A program made the position numbers and the translations under genes. Positions 23,253 to 35,637 of a stretch of DNA of 64,000 nucleotides are shown here, piece by piece. Position 1 is the first letter of the stretch, and every line of letters begins with the position of its first letter. The DNA comes from Podarcis cretensis. Its lineage: Eukaryota. Location: contig OX638156.1 in NCBI GenBank assembly GCA_951804945.1, positions 61,628,001 to 61,692,000 on the forward strand, given 5' to 3'. Below the pieces are notes generated by a model, which worked only from the letters and a program-made list of their open reading frames with translations, made no database searches and was not told the DNA's origin.

Positions 23253-24191
23253 GCAGGTGATTCTAGGCTGGCACTAGTAAATTCTGATACATAGGCCTTC
23301 ACGTTTCCTTTCCCTCCTTCTTTCTTGGTTGGGTGAGTTCAGCCCAAGCATTTGATTGCTTTGTCCCCAGTCGGTGCTATATTTCAGTATTAAAAGCGTT
23401 AACTGAAGCCGCTGGTCCGCGCTTTGCTCTACATTGTTCAGTGTGATGAGATGAATATTTCCAGAGCAAGAAACAGCCTGAACTATGATCCGCTACAGCA
23501 ATCTGGCTGTCAGATCAAAAGTTCAGCCCCCCCCCCAAAAAAAAACCACACTTCTGTTTGAAATCCATAAGCAGCAGTTTCCCCTGCAATTCCATTCTGG
23601 GAATAATAATGGGGATCTTTTGTTGGGGGTGGGGTGGGGAGGTTGGCCGTAGGCAAGAGAAGTATCAAAATTTGAACACAGAGCTGTAAGTGGAGCGTGA
23701 TCATGGAGGGCTTTGAAACATGGGCATCTATAGAAATGAGTTTTCTTTTCTTTTTTGGCAGGGAGATAAAATACTGAAACCAGGGAGGGACAGGCTAGTT
23801 CATCAGATAAAAGAAGGGAAGAATAGTGCCAGAACATTTTATCTCATATCCCATGTTCTACAAATGCTAGAAGCTTGCTGTCCTTTGGAAGAGAGGGATA
23901 TAAATATTGGGTGGCATTCAATGCTAGTGCTACTCACTATTAGACCCACTGAGGTTGGTCCAGAAAATATTCTAATGCCACAGTACTTTTGTGGGGGAGT
24001 GACATCTCAGAAGACCATGAAGTTGCTCCCTCCATCAGGACCCAAGGCCACACAGAAGGACTAATGGCAGTCGTTAAGAGTCGTCAACAGGTTTACCATA
24101 CGCATTGAGTCAATCACCCATCTCCTTCTACCCTTCTGGGAAATACCCCACCTCCCACTATATATAAGGGTCTGGTGACTTCTGTTTCAGT

Positions 24192-24229
24192 GTATCTGAA
24201 GAAGTGTGCATGCACACGAAAGCTTATAC
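24192..24229 (+). ncRNA. Minimal type I hammerhead ribozyme motif
   Basis: GTAT-CTGAAGA-A-GTGTGC(AT)GCACAC-GAAA-GCTT-ATAC: core boxes, stem I GTAT/ATAC, 6-bp stem II, palindromic loopless stem III. Confidence 0.7.
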
Positions 24230-24262
24230 CCAGAACAAACTTAGTTGGTCTCTAAGTGCTAC

Positions 24263-24771
24263 AGCACCTAGACAGCATCTTAAAAAGCAGAGACATCACC
24301 TTGCCAACAAAGGTCCGTATAGTTTTCCCAGTAGTGATGTATGGAAGTGAGAGCTGGACCATAAAGAAGGCTGATCGCCGAAGAATTGATGCTTTTGAAT
24401 TATGTTGCTGGAGGAGACTTTTGAGAGTCCCATGGACTTCAAGAAGATCAATCCTATTGATTCTTAAGGAAATCAGCCCTGAGTGCTCACTGGAAGGACA
24501 GATCCTGAAGCTGAGACTCCAATACTTTGGCCACCTCATGAGAAGAGAAGACTCCCTGGAAAAGACCCTGATGTTGGGAAAGATGGAGGGCACAAGGAGA
24601 AGGGGATGACAGAGGACGAGATGGTTGGATAGTGTTCTCAAAGCTACCAGCACGAGTTTGACCAAACTGCAGGAGGCAGGGGAAGACAGAAGGGCCTGGC
24701 GTGCTCTGGTCCATAGGGTCACGAAGAGTCGGACATGACTAAACGACTAAACAACAACAACAACATCAACA
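24263..24771 (+). mobile_element. Bov-B/RTE LINE 3' fragment (~510 bp)
   Basis: LDSILKSRDITLPTKVRIV..FPVVMYGSESWTIKKADRRRIDAFEL; (CAA)n tail; near-TSD AAGTGCTAC/AAGGTGCTAC. Confidence 0.93.
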
Positions 24772-25080
24772 AAGGTGCTACTGGACATTTTTTTTTATTT
24801 TGACTGCGTCAGACCAACACGGCTACCTAGCTGAATCTAGAATGGCTGACTTCAGTTTGTTAATTTCAGTGGGTGTGCTCTGAGTAGGGCATAGTTGGAA
24901 CTGAACTGAAAGGCTGGAACCTCACAACCCTTCATGAATAATAGGGTGCATTAAGCCAAGTCCTACACAGAGTAGACCCAGTGAAATTAACACACCTAAG
25001 GATACCATGTGCTTTAACTTCAGCAGGTTTACTCTGAGTAAGACTAGCACTAAATACCACTGCATTGCAGTCACCACAAG

Positions 25081-25267
25081 AGACCCCGTGTGGTGCAGCA
25101 GTTAGAGTGTTGGACTAAGACCTGGGAGAAGACGCTTCCAATCTACACTTGCCCATGAAGCTCACTGGGTGACCCTAACCTACCTCACACGGTTGTTGGG
25201 AGGATAAAATGGGAAGGAGAACTATGTGCTGCCACCTTGAACTTCTTGGACTATAAATAAAATAAAG
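25081..25267 (+). mobile_element. Squam3A-like SINE
   Basis: Family head and core, TAAA tail. Confidence 0.7.
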
Positions 25268-26487
25268 CATTAGCATCCTCTAAGCTAGCTCATTTGGGGC
25301 TGGAGGACATCTGCATCACGGCTAAGCATCTATTTCATCACCAACAAGATCCTAGGATGCTTGACTGTTCTCCATTGCCTGTTCTCTGATACACGAGTGA
25401 ATTTGGCCATTTCCCCCTCCCACAAAACCTCTCTCTGCATTGATTCCTACCACTCACCTCTTCCTTGGATTCTTTGGCATTACAGTCCTCGGATCTACAT
25501 GCAAGGCCACCATGCTTTTGTAGCAGATGCTTTAGTTTTTGCACCCCTAACAACTGGTTAAAAAAATACAGGGAGGCAGAAAACCAGCCAAGTGGTGAGT
25601 GAGCTCCAAGCCCTTGTTGAGATTCATTGTCGCAACTCCTCTTTGGCAGAGCTTCTGCGGTGCGTTTGTTGAAGGCAGAGTGCCCGATATTTTCAGATCT
25701 TGCTGAGCGAAAATGTCACTTCGAGAATTTCAGCTTTAATCCCATCTTTGCTCTGACGGTTCAGTGCCATATCTGTATGCCCCAGATGTTTCGGGAAGCC
25801 ACTTGAGTAGATCAATAGGTCATCAAAGCAAACCTGCAAGATAGGAAAAAAACCACCAAATTACTCTCCCTACATTGTAAAAGTCAGGGGGACTCGCAGA
25901 ACATTTTTTTTTTTTTAAAGGATCAAAAGATGTGTTCAATTGATAAATCCATAGGTATCACAAGTGTAGCTTTTTTCTCTTTTCCCCCTCCCTCTTGGGG
26001 TCCTTCTGTAATAGGCTTTTGATGACCGCCCTTCTAGTCAGATTACTCAGAACTCAAAAGTAATGTTTCCTATGGGGGTGGGGGGAAAAAAGGATAAAAA
26101 ACACAAAACAAAGCCACTTTGCTGTTTCCTGCAAAGCAACTTTTGAACTGCATTAATCAATATTCAGCTTCAACTCTCTGTCCTCATCGGAGTCCTGGGC
26201 CTTCTTCAAATCAGTGGGCTCCATCAAGTGTGCCTGGCCTGTCTTTCTCACCACCACAGCCTCAGAAATTCCTAAACAAGGAGGGGGGGGGGAAGAAACA
26301 TATTAAAGCTCCAACCCCACCTATTAATGGTTTTCTACTTTTTTTTTTGCGTCTCTATGTGTGTATTATAAGAAAAATAACACTTTTAAATCTTTCCTTC
26401 TCTCTACACTTTGGGAACTGAAGTCAGGCAAATTAGTCAGAAAGAAAGATATTAAAAGGATTCTTAGCCTTATTAGCAAAACATGCA

Positions 26488-27117
26488 TAATCCAGTTAAG
26501 ACCCTACCTGCCTGGGCACTGTCTCACTGGAGTGGTGCATGCCCTGATTATCTCCTGCTTGGACTACTGCAATGTGCTCTATGTGGGGCAACCTTTGAAG
26601 GTGATTCAGAAACTACAACAAATCCAGAATGCGGCAGCTAGACTGGTGACTGAGAGTGGCTGCTATAACCATATAACACCAGTCATGAAAGACTTGTATT
26701 GGCTCCCAGTATGTTTCTGAGCACAATTCACATGCTGGTGCTGACCTTTAAAGCCCTAAACGGCCTTGGACCAGTATACCCGAAGTAGCACCTCCAGTCT
26801 CTCCACCCCCATCGTTCAGCCCGGACACTGAGATCCAGCACCAAGGGCCTTCTGGCGGTTCCCCCACTGCAAGATGTGAAGTTACAGGAAAACAGGCAGA
26901 GGGCCTTCTTGGTAGTGGCACTCACCCTGTGGAACAATCCTCCCATCAGATGTCAAGGAAATAAACTACTATTTGACTTTTAGAAGACATCTGAAGACAG
27001 CCCTATATAGGGAAGCTTTTTAACTCTTGGTGTTTTATTATGTTTTTATATATGTTGGAAGCCACCCAAAGTGGCTGGGGCAACCCAGTCAGATGGGCGG
27101 GGTGCAAATAATAAAAT
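26488..27117 (+). mobile_element. L2 LINE 3' portion (ORF2 C-terminus and 3' UTR)
   Basis: QLRPYL...VVHALIISCLDYCNVLYVGQPLKVIQKLQQIQNAAARLV...HITPVMKDLYWLPV. Confidence 0.9.
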
Positions 27118-27483
27118 GGTGGTGATAATGACAGTGTTGATGGATACAAGATTCTCTCCTATGCTTGAAATGTTTTCTTACTTTTCACACAACCAAACAC
27201 TCGTAAATAATTTGCTATGGGGTGGGCAGGGGGTCAGGCTCACTGGAGGCCAAATATCCCTCAGTGCCTTTGTGGGTTGGGAGTGGAATTTGGTATGCTG
27301 TTTTTCTGGCTTAGATTTAATTCCAAGTGATCATGTAGGCAGGAATACAAATGATGACTTCTGAGAAAAATATTATTTCTATCCAGACAAATGATGCATG
27401 TACACTCGCTGCCATGTACTGATTAAAAGGCAACAGAAAACTGGGTATTAAATGGTCTTGTTTTCACAACAACAACAATAACA

Positions 27484-27485
<2 letters not shown>

Positions 27486-27521
<36 letters not shown>
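27486..27521. repeat. (CA)n microsatellite
   Basis: Directly visible. Confidence 0.95.
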
Positions 27522-27523
<2 letters not shown>

Positions 27524-28056
27524 CTCCTGATCAAGGATAGGATCACTCAAAACAATTTTACCTGGGAGCCTGGCAATACTTGAAAACAAGACCATACTCA
27601 TCAATAAATAAGCCATAATGCAGTACATATATGACAAGGAGGAAAAGTAAAATAAATTAAAAAATAAGTGAAGATTTATTGTAGACTTCAGTGAAATGCC
27701 GAAAGGATTTGAGTGCAAGATGTAATTGCCTTTTAGTAGGAGTTATTAAACACCCCTGAGATTTTCTCACCTTCTTCAAATGTGTGAATTGCATTTTGAT
27801 CAATTTTCAGAATGACAAGAAATTCACAGCCTTGAAGCAAAAGGTGCTTAAGGTGGCTCAAAGAGAAAAGCTTTGCAATGCAGCACAGCCCTCTCTAAAT
27901 TAAGGATGGAGGGTCCAATCCTATGCTTGGGATCCAGTAGCTGAGAGGCCATGGGATTTGTCTGGATCCCTGCTATACTGGAAGAGAGCAAAACACAGAA
28001 CTGCCATAAATGAATGAATGAATGTGTGTGTATAACTATATTTCTATGTATGTATG

Positions 28057-28234
28057 CAGTGCTTTTTTCTGGGGGTACACAGGGGTACACATACCCCTAA
28101 ACATTTTGTGAATCTTTGTACTTTTGTCCATTTACTGTACTGTATTTATTTCCCCCGATTTGAACTATAAAATGGTGATTTTCTTGAGTCAAAATGACAG
28201 TACCCCTAAACATTTTTTTTAGAAAAAAGCACTG
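28057..28234. mobile_element. hAT-type MITE inside a (TATG)n microsatellite
   Basis: Perfect 14-bp TIR CAGTGCTTTTTTCT; TATGTATG on both sides. Confidence 0.85.
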
Positions 28235-29043
28235 TATGTATGTATGTATGTATGCATGTATGTATGTATGTATGTATGTATGTATATGTATACACACACA
28301 TGTGCACACACAAACAGAAAACCCCAGATACAGAAGTGAAACCCTGGGAGCATCTGCTGAGCTTTTGAGTGTCTGTCTGCTGCTGTATCCCATCCCATAG
28401 GTACTTAACTCTGCAATTTGGCTAGAGACATGAGCTTCTGGTATGAGCTGAAAGCTGAAGGACTCTCATCCCCAGGCTCTCAGCCATGGCCAGTGAACTG
28501 CTGGGTAAGACATCCATCAACTTGGGAGAGTGGGTGTTTATGATGTGCTGCTGTTCACAGGTAGGGTTGTTAGGGGCACCCCAGACTCATATTTCAGTGC
28601 CCAAACATAAGACTTTGGGGCGAGCCTTGCTGATGTCTTGGAGGTTGACCCTGGTGATTCTGCCTCTGTGTTCCCTCCCACCACTCAGCTCTGGAGATGG
28701 TGGTTAATTGGTGATTAACTGGGAGAGGGGAGAAGGAAGCAGAGGAAGGAAGCTGCCCACCTATGAGAACATAGTCAATAATTTGCAGCCAGCTTCTGCC
28801 AGGCTGAAGCTTATAAGCTGCACACATAGTCTGCTTGATTGTTTTTAAGGCTCTCTCACTTTACCTGGAGAGGACCAGGCAACACTGGAGACTTCAGGTC
28901 AGCCCTGGAGGTCTGGAAAGTATATTCACAGAGAGGAATGGCTGTCTACCACTAAGGTGGGGAAAAAAGTGAAACACCCCAATCGTAGAGCTGTTCTGCC
29001 AGTGAAGGTATACCAGTGGTATGACTAAAAGAGGGTATGCTTG

Positions 29044-29290
29044 AGAACATAAGATGAGCCTTCTGGATCAGGTCAATGGCCCATCTAGTCCAGCATCCTG
29101 TTCTCACAGTGGCCAGCTACATGCCTGTGGGAGCACAAGAGCTGAGATTTTCAGCAACTGGTATTCAGTAGCATTGCTGCCTCCAACTTTGGCAGGCAGA
29201 GCACTGCCATCATGGCAAGTAGCCAGCAATAGCCCTCTCCTCCATGAATCTGCCCAACTCTCTTCTAAATGCCTTCACTGCCTCCTGTGG
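29044..29290 (-). mobile_element. CR1 3' UTR fragment
   Basis: Same family as 7531-7770. Confidence 0.7.
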
Positions 29291-29520
29291 GGGGTGAAGG
29301 CTGAATACGCTTGGTGAACATGAAATGCTGGCTGATTGCTGGAGGGAATAGAGTATCTTGGAAATGGGCTTGGCTGGCTAGCATCCTGATCAGAAGTGCT
29401 CCAACATTATTGCAACGTTTTGTCATGGTTCCCATGGCGGCTTCTCAATGAAAAGCAAGTCTAAGTCAAATCTGGAAAGAGATGTACCTGTAAGCTGGGC
29501 TGACATCATAGCACTCAGTG

Positions 29521-29788
29521 GAGCCAGTGTGGTGTAGTGGTTAAGAGCAGTAGACTTGTAATCTGGTGAACCAGGTTCGTGTCTCCGCTCCACATGCAGC
29601 TGCTGGGTGACCTTGGGCTAGTCACACTTCTTTGAAGTCTCTCAGCCCCACTCACCTCACAGAGTGTTTGTTGTGGGGGAGGAAGGGAAAGGAGAATGTT
29701 AGCCGCTTTGAGACTCCTTCGGGTAGTGATAAAGCGGGATATCAAATCCAAACTCTTCCTCCTCCTCCTCTCCTCCTCCTCCTCCTTC
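29521..29788 (+). mobile_element. Squam3B-like SINE (young) with (CTT/CCT)n tail
   Basis: GAGCCAGTGTGGTGTAGTGGTTAAGAGC head; highly similar to copies at 53348 and 54792. Confidence 0.85.
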
Positions 29789-30693
29789 AATGGCTTTGTT
29801 CATGGATCTCTCTCACATTATGAGGGACTTGGGGGCCGGGCTGTAGTCAGCAGGATCCAATACACTCCTATGAGTACACTTGCAACCAAATATTCTTCTA
29901 CACCCATGATTCAGTCTGACAAGAGGGATTGTCTGATAATATGGTTAACCCCCCCCCCACATCCTCCCCTTGAAATATTATTATACAGTCACTCTGCACC
30001 TAATTTCTTCTTTGACTCCTTCTTTTGAGAGTTTACAAAGCACTCCCAGCGATGATACAGAATCATCTCTACCAGAACAGAAAGTAATTTGGAGAAGTCA
30101 ACGGAATGTTCGCTGGGGTCACCATCCATCAAGCATTCCTCATCCTCTGTCACTATATCAGGCTAGGTAAATACCTGTCAGAAAGTACAGGGCTGCAGAG
30201 TGAGCTTACAGCAGCTCTTGGAAAAGTTCAGGGCAACATTGTTTGTGATCTTTCCCCTCCTTCCCCAGTCTCTCTCTCTCTCCCCCCCCCACACCTTTCA
30301 TCTTCTCCCCAACACGTTTGTCTTGGCGGCGAGCTGTCAAGGCCTGTATTGCAAAGCAGAGATTAACACTAATAGACTATTCCCTTGGCCATTTCAGATT
30401 TTTCTCCCTCCTTTTATTTTGTCTTTTTTTTCTTGGTAGCGAACAAGGTGAAATTGCTTGCCTTGGTTGGCTTCAGGAGCAGGTGAGTTGGGCATTGGGC
30501 TGGGGCCAGAGACGGCAGAAGGGGGTCTATCCTTAGTCCCTGTTGCCATGTCCCCCACTTGGGGTGCCTGTGTGGGCTACGATTCCCCATGCACCCCAGT
30601 AGCAAATATGTGCCATGCAAACTTAATAAATGAGAGGCTCTGTCTGGAGAGCTCATGTGTTGTAGAGTTAAGGGTGGGTAAGCTGTCCAAATA

Positions 30694-31050
30694 GGGACGC
30701 GGGTGGTGCTGTGGGTTAAACCACAGAGCCTAGGACTTGCCGATCAGAAGGTCAGCGGTTCGAATCCCCGTGACGGGGTGAGCTCCTGTTGCTCGGTCCC
30801 TGCTCCTGCCTACCTAGCAGTTTGAAAGCACATCAAAGTGCAAGTAGATAAATAGGTACTGCTCCGGCGGGAAGGTAAACGGCATTTCCGTGTGCTGCTC
30901 TGGTTCGCCAGAAGCGGCTTAGTCATGCTGGCCACATGACCCAGAAGCTGTACGCCGGCTGCCTCGGCCAGTAAAGAGAGATGAGCACCGCAACCCCAGA
31001 GTTGGTCACGACTGGACCTAATGGTCAGGGGTCCCCTTTACCTTTACCTT
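30694..31050 (+). mobile_element. Sauria SINE, full length
   Basis: GGGACGCGGGTGG start, (ACCTTT) tail, 13-bp TSD TAAGCTGTCCAAA (30679-30691, 31051-31063). Confidence 0.93.
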
Positions 31051-31477
31051 TAAGCTGTCCAAAACTGGACTTGGATCGATCCATTAATTATCACTTTTCT
31101 GAGCTGAAAAGGCTGGAAAGGCCTGCCTACCCAATGATGAGATTCATCTTTATAACTCTTAGGAGCTTGAGAGCTCAGTATTGTCTACGTTGACTGGTGT
31201 TGGCTCTCTAGGGTTTCAGAGATTGATGCAGAGGATCAAACATGGGACCTTCTGCATGCCAAGCAGTTGCTCTGCCATTAAGCTTATGCTCACCCTTTGG
31301 CAGAGTTGTAACAGCTGATATTCTGATCCTGCTGAGAGAAATGTATTTGGGAAACCAAGATCCACTAATCACATCTTCTGAAAAGGGAGGATGGAAGCGG
31401 GAAAATCCTTGCACCTCTGTATATATCAGCTGTTAAATGATAGGGAGAAGGGCTTGAGTATTTTGGGAGCTAGTGAA

Positions 31478-31780
31478 TCGGAATAGCTCAGTTGGTTAGA
31501 GCACGATGCTGATAACACCAAGGTCACAGGTTTGATCCCCATATTGGACAGCTGCATATCCCTGCATCACAGAGGGTTGGACTAGATCAGGCATGGCCAA
31601 ACTTGGGCCTCCAGATTTTTTGGGACTACATTTTCCATAATCCCTGACCTCTGGTCCTTTTAGCTAGGGATCATGGGAGTTGTAGTCCCAAAACATCTGG
31701 AGGGCCAAGTTTGGCCATGCCTGGACTAGATGATCCTCAGGGTCCCTTCCAACTTACAATTCTATGATTCTATGATTCTA
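31478..31780 (+). mobile_element. tRNA(Ile)-like-headed SINE with CR1-type tail, interrupted by a MITE
   Basis: TAGCTCAGTTGGTTAGAGCA..GCTGATAAC head; GGTCCCTTCCAAC..(ATTCTATG)n CR1 tail. Confidence 0.75.
31588..31723. mobile_element. 136-bp palindromic hAT (Charlie-like) MITE
   Basis: Perfect 19-bp TIR CAGGCATGGCCAAACTTGG; 8-bp TSD GACTAGAT. Confidence 0.92.
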
Positions 31781-31875
31781 CAACTTCCATCATCCCTAGT
31801 TAGCAGGACCAGTTGTCAGCGATGATATGTGTTGTAGTCCAACAATACCTGGGGACCCAAGCTTGAAAAAGGCTG

Positions 31876-32074
31876 GGTTAGAGTTTCAAGATAGGATCTA
31901 GGAGAGTCCAGGGTTCCAATCCCCACTTGGCCATAAAGCTCCCTGGGTGACCTTGTGGGGCCTCTCAGCCTAACCTACCTCACAGGGTTGATGTCCTGAT
32001 TAAATGAAGAGGGAGAGAACCATACAGGTCACATTGAGCTCCTTTGGGAAAATGGGGGGAGGGAATGTAAATAT

Positions 32075-32109
<35 letters not shown>

Positions 32110-32110
32110 C

Positions 32111-32140
<30 letters not shown>
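31876..32140 (+). mobile_element. Squam3A-like SINE with expanded (AATC)n tail
   Basis: Family core followed by a tetranucleotide array at 32075-32140. Confidence 0.7.
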
Positions 32141-32141
<1 letters not shown>

Positions 32142-32403
32142 TCCATCTCTCATAGTCAGACATCTTATTCATTTTTCTAATGATCATACACTTCCATAAA
32201 TCTACAATGGGCATGTCTGCTTCTTATTCCAGTTGTTTTTATTGTGTATATTGGATTTGAAATTAATTTTGTATATGTAGGTTTTTTAATGCCATGTGAG
32301 TGTGTGTGTGTGTGTATGTTCCATAGATGCAATTGCTTTTTATATATATCACACAAACACACACCATTGTAAATAGCTTTGAGATGCCCATAGGATGGAA
32401 TCC

Positions 32404-32440
<37 letters not shown>
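32404..32440. repeat. (AAT)n microsatellite
   Basis: Directly visible. Confidence 0.95.
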
Positions 32441-32443
<3 letters not shown>

Positions 32444-33682
32444 GGAAACAAGTCCTCTTCCGCTTAGGAATCAAGAACTTTTAAATTCTGTTTTCCATAA
32501 AATGCAAATGATATGTAAATTTAATTTATTTTCACCATTTCTCACATAATATCAAGCCAATTATCCCCTGTCAGTGTATCTCTTTGAAATTGATGTTCTG
32601 CCATTAATATTTTGACAGAGGCCAATAAATAAAAGATTACTTCTAATTGATTCCAGGATCCTGACCCTTCAGACGTGCCAATGGATTTTATAACTGGACC
32701 CACAGGAATACTAATACCTGCAGTTTAGTCGGTGAGGCCCAGCATCTTTTGCAAAAGCAAAAACAATCCCAAAACCTTATGGTTTGGGACCCACTTTTGA
32801 CAACAAAGGGTAATGGCCATTGTAATTAATTAACAGTGACAACCTATGTATTGTCTGCTCAGAAGTAAGCCCAGTTCCTTTCAGTTGGACTTTCCGCCAG
32901 GTGGGCATGTACAGGATTGCAGCCTAAAAAAATAGATGTTTACAGTGCAATCCTATGCCTGTCTTCTCAGAAGTAAGCCATACTGAGTTAGGTAACAGCA
33001 TATACAGTATACCCCCAAGATGGTGCTGTGGCTAATGGTGGTTATAGTCTGAAACATCTGAAGGACACCAGCTTAAGGAGGGCTGGTGCATATGATTGCA
33101 CTTGTAATTCTGACTTCTCTCCAAGCTAAGATGGCCCTTCTGAAGCTGTCACTCTTGAGCCGACTGCGCCCCTCCTACAGCATCAAACATCCTCTAAGTC
33201 TACCATTTGCCCTACTTGCCCATGATACTGTTATGTCCATGGAAGATGGACATATGTGACATGCTCTGTAGTGCAATTCTGATGTCTTCCCTTGCCTACG
33301 TCTCTTCCTCTCCTCTTCCTTAGACATTCTGCCACACTCTCTCTCTCTCTGCTGCATTTGATTTTGCCTTTTCCACTTCACCGATATTTCCTGTCTACAT
33401 CAAGGCTGAAGTCTCCCTGGGTATCCACAACCCTTCCTGTGTCTGACACTTGCTTAGCACAGAATATAATAACTTAGAAGTTATTCTAAGGTCAGTGTGC
33501 AGAAAAAGAATCCGGTTTACTGCTAGGTGGATTTTGTGGGTTTTGTATCCTTCCTGAGCAATGGATTTGACAATGATAAAATATGATATTTTGCCCATGG
33601 TGTTTCTATCTCAAACCTCTCCAAAGCAGGGGCAGGGAAATAAAATTGTGCTTCACTTAAATTCCACCTTTTACAGTAATTT

Positions 33683-33905
33683 GAGAGCCAGTGTGGTGCA
33701 GTAGTTAGAGTATCAGACTAGGACCTGAGAGACCAGGGTTCAAATCCATGAATGGGGTTCAGCCACGAAGCTCACTGGGTGACCTTGGGCCAGTCACAGT
33801 CCCTTAGCTTAACCTACCTCGCAGGGTTGTTGTGAGGATAATACATGACACTGAAAACTTTGGAGGAAAAGGTGGGATATAAATGCAATGCAATCAAATA
33901 AATCA
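33683..33905 (+). mobile_element. Squam3A-like SINE
   Basis: GAGAGCCAGTGTGGTGCAGTAGTTAGAG head and full core. Confidence 0.8.
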
Positions 33906-35002
33906 ATTCTAGAAAATCAGCAGAATAGGTTTGAAGTTTGGTCTTGCATTTCCAGATTTCTGCTCCTTTACTCTGAACCTTTGAAGGTTTTTAGACTCTC
34001 CTATCTTGGCTACTCCCATGTCTTTTAGAGATATATGTGAAGTCTTCCACCCATACAGTCCCCCCCCCTCCATGAGCAACATTAGTCATATTATGCAAGC
34101 AACACACCACAGGGGCTGATTCCAAAGGGGATGGCCATTGAACTAGTTTAGCTATGTGGTGAAGATGGGCCTTACAAGACAGTAAGAGTAGCATGCATTT
34201 TTTCCCACCCACATTTGCCTTGGGCACCACTTATCACTAGTAGTCTGTGGCCCCTGGAAGGTTTCCATTGAGGGAATGTGGCCCTCAGCCTGAAAAGCAC
34301 TCCACCCCACAAATGCAGCAGAAAGTGATTGGTTTCTTCTTCTGACCACCTGACTCTCTTGCTCAGTGGGTGCTGCCCACCTTAAGGTCTGCAGTTGGCC
34401 CTCTACCCAGCTGGCACGTTGAGTAAGAGGATCAGTGCCCTATTTCTGATTCACACCCTCTCTTGTCTTTTATTACCCGTTTGTTTCTGTTAAAAAGCAA
34501 TATAGCTTCTTCTTTTTTCAGGAAAAGGAATTAAAGCACTTACAAATTATTATTGGCTTAAAAACACTTTCTTCGTCGTAAAAGAAGCATCTGTTTACTT
34601 CTAGTCGAGGCATGGCACCCTAAAAGATACTTTGGTATCTGCAGTATAAAAGAAGAAGGGAAAAAAGAAGGGAAAACTTGAATGTAATGAAGCATAAACA
34701 ACAACATTTATAAAAGGCAATAAAGAGAGCTGAAACAAGCCTTTGCAGCTTTTATTGCAGAAACATGTCCCTGCTTCCCTCTTTCTTGTGAATACAATGA
34801 AACAAACATTGATTTGAATAAAGTTGTGGATGAATAAGAGATGACTGAGATCCCTTCCGAGGATTTAGGAGGTGAGTTTGGTGCAGAAAGGATATTTGCC
34901 AAGCAGTGGCATAAATAGGTAATTTCAGTCTCTGGGCTTACTGCTCTTACATGGTTAGCAGTCTTTTGTCACCACCATCACCCATTAGATCTGTGTTTCT
35001 AT

Positions 35003-35171
35003 AGAAGGGGACGACAGAGGATGAGATGTTTGGATAGTGTTCTCAAAGCTACCAGCATGAGTTTGACCAAACTGTGGGAGGCAGTGGAAGACAGGAGTGC
35101 CTGGCATGCTCTGGGCCAGGGGGCCCCGAAGAGTCGGACACGACTAAACGACTAAACAACAACAACAACAA
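35003..35171 (+). mobile_element. Bov-B/RTE 3' end
   Basis: AGAAGGGGACGACAGAGG...GACTAAACGACTAAA(CAA)n. Confidence 0.88.
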
Positions 35172-35637
35172 AGGTGGTTTCCTGCTGGGGGGTGTCAGTG
35201 GGATTATCTAGCCAAAGGGGCAGCAGGGGGGTGCAGGAGGTGCAAATGACAATACAGATAAGTAATAAAGCATTCCACCCTGTCCCAGAAGATGGTTTAG
35301 GCAGTACATGCAAAATAACATCCAGATAACATAATAAGTTCTTATCTCAGACTACCATTTGTTGCAGAATGCGATAAACAATTTATGTTAACCAAAAGGT
35401 TTTATAATGTGTGAGGACTCCTCTCTTTGCATTTTTAGCCATGTGCACAATAAAGTTGTGCCAAGCAGTTACAAAAGAGTTTGTGCTGCAAAACCTTGTG
35501 CCAATTTTATTTCATTAGTCAATTATTTCCACAAGTGCTCTTTGGTTGGGCACATCTGTCACCCCCACAGCTTTCTAGTAAGTTGTGGCGCTGCCTTATG
35601 GGAAGGAGAAATTATAACTGCTTAGATTCAACACACG

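Larger units (their letters stand above)
24078..24839 (+). mobile_element. Penelope-like element terminal repeat fragment, interrupted by Bov-B
   Basis: TATATAA followed by CTGAAGAAGTG...CACGAAAGCTTATAC...TTAGTTGGTCTCTAAG(G)TGCTAC, resuming after the Bov-B insert as TGGAC...AGACCAACACGGCTACC; characteristic of reptile Penelope 3' ends. Confidence 0.75.

Noticed and set aside
31478-31552. Possible tRNA-Ile gene
   Set aside because: The stems are degenerate and it runs directly into a SINE body with a CR1 tail. Other tRNA-like heads in the window are likewise SINEs.
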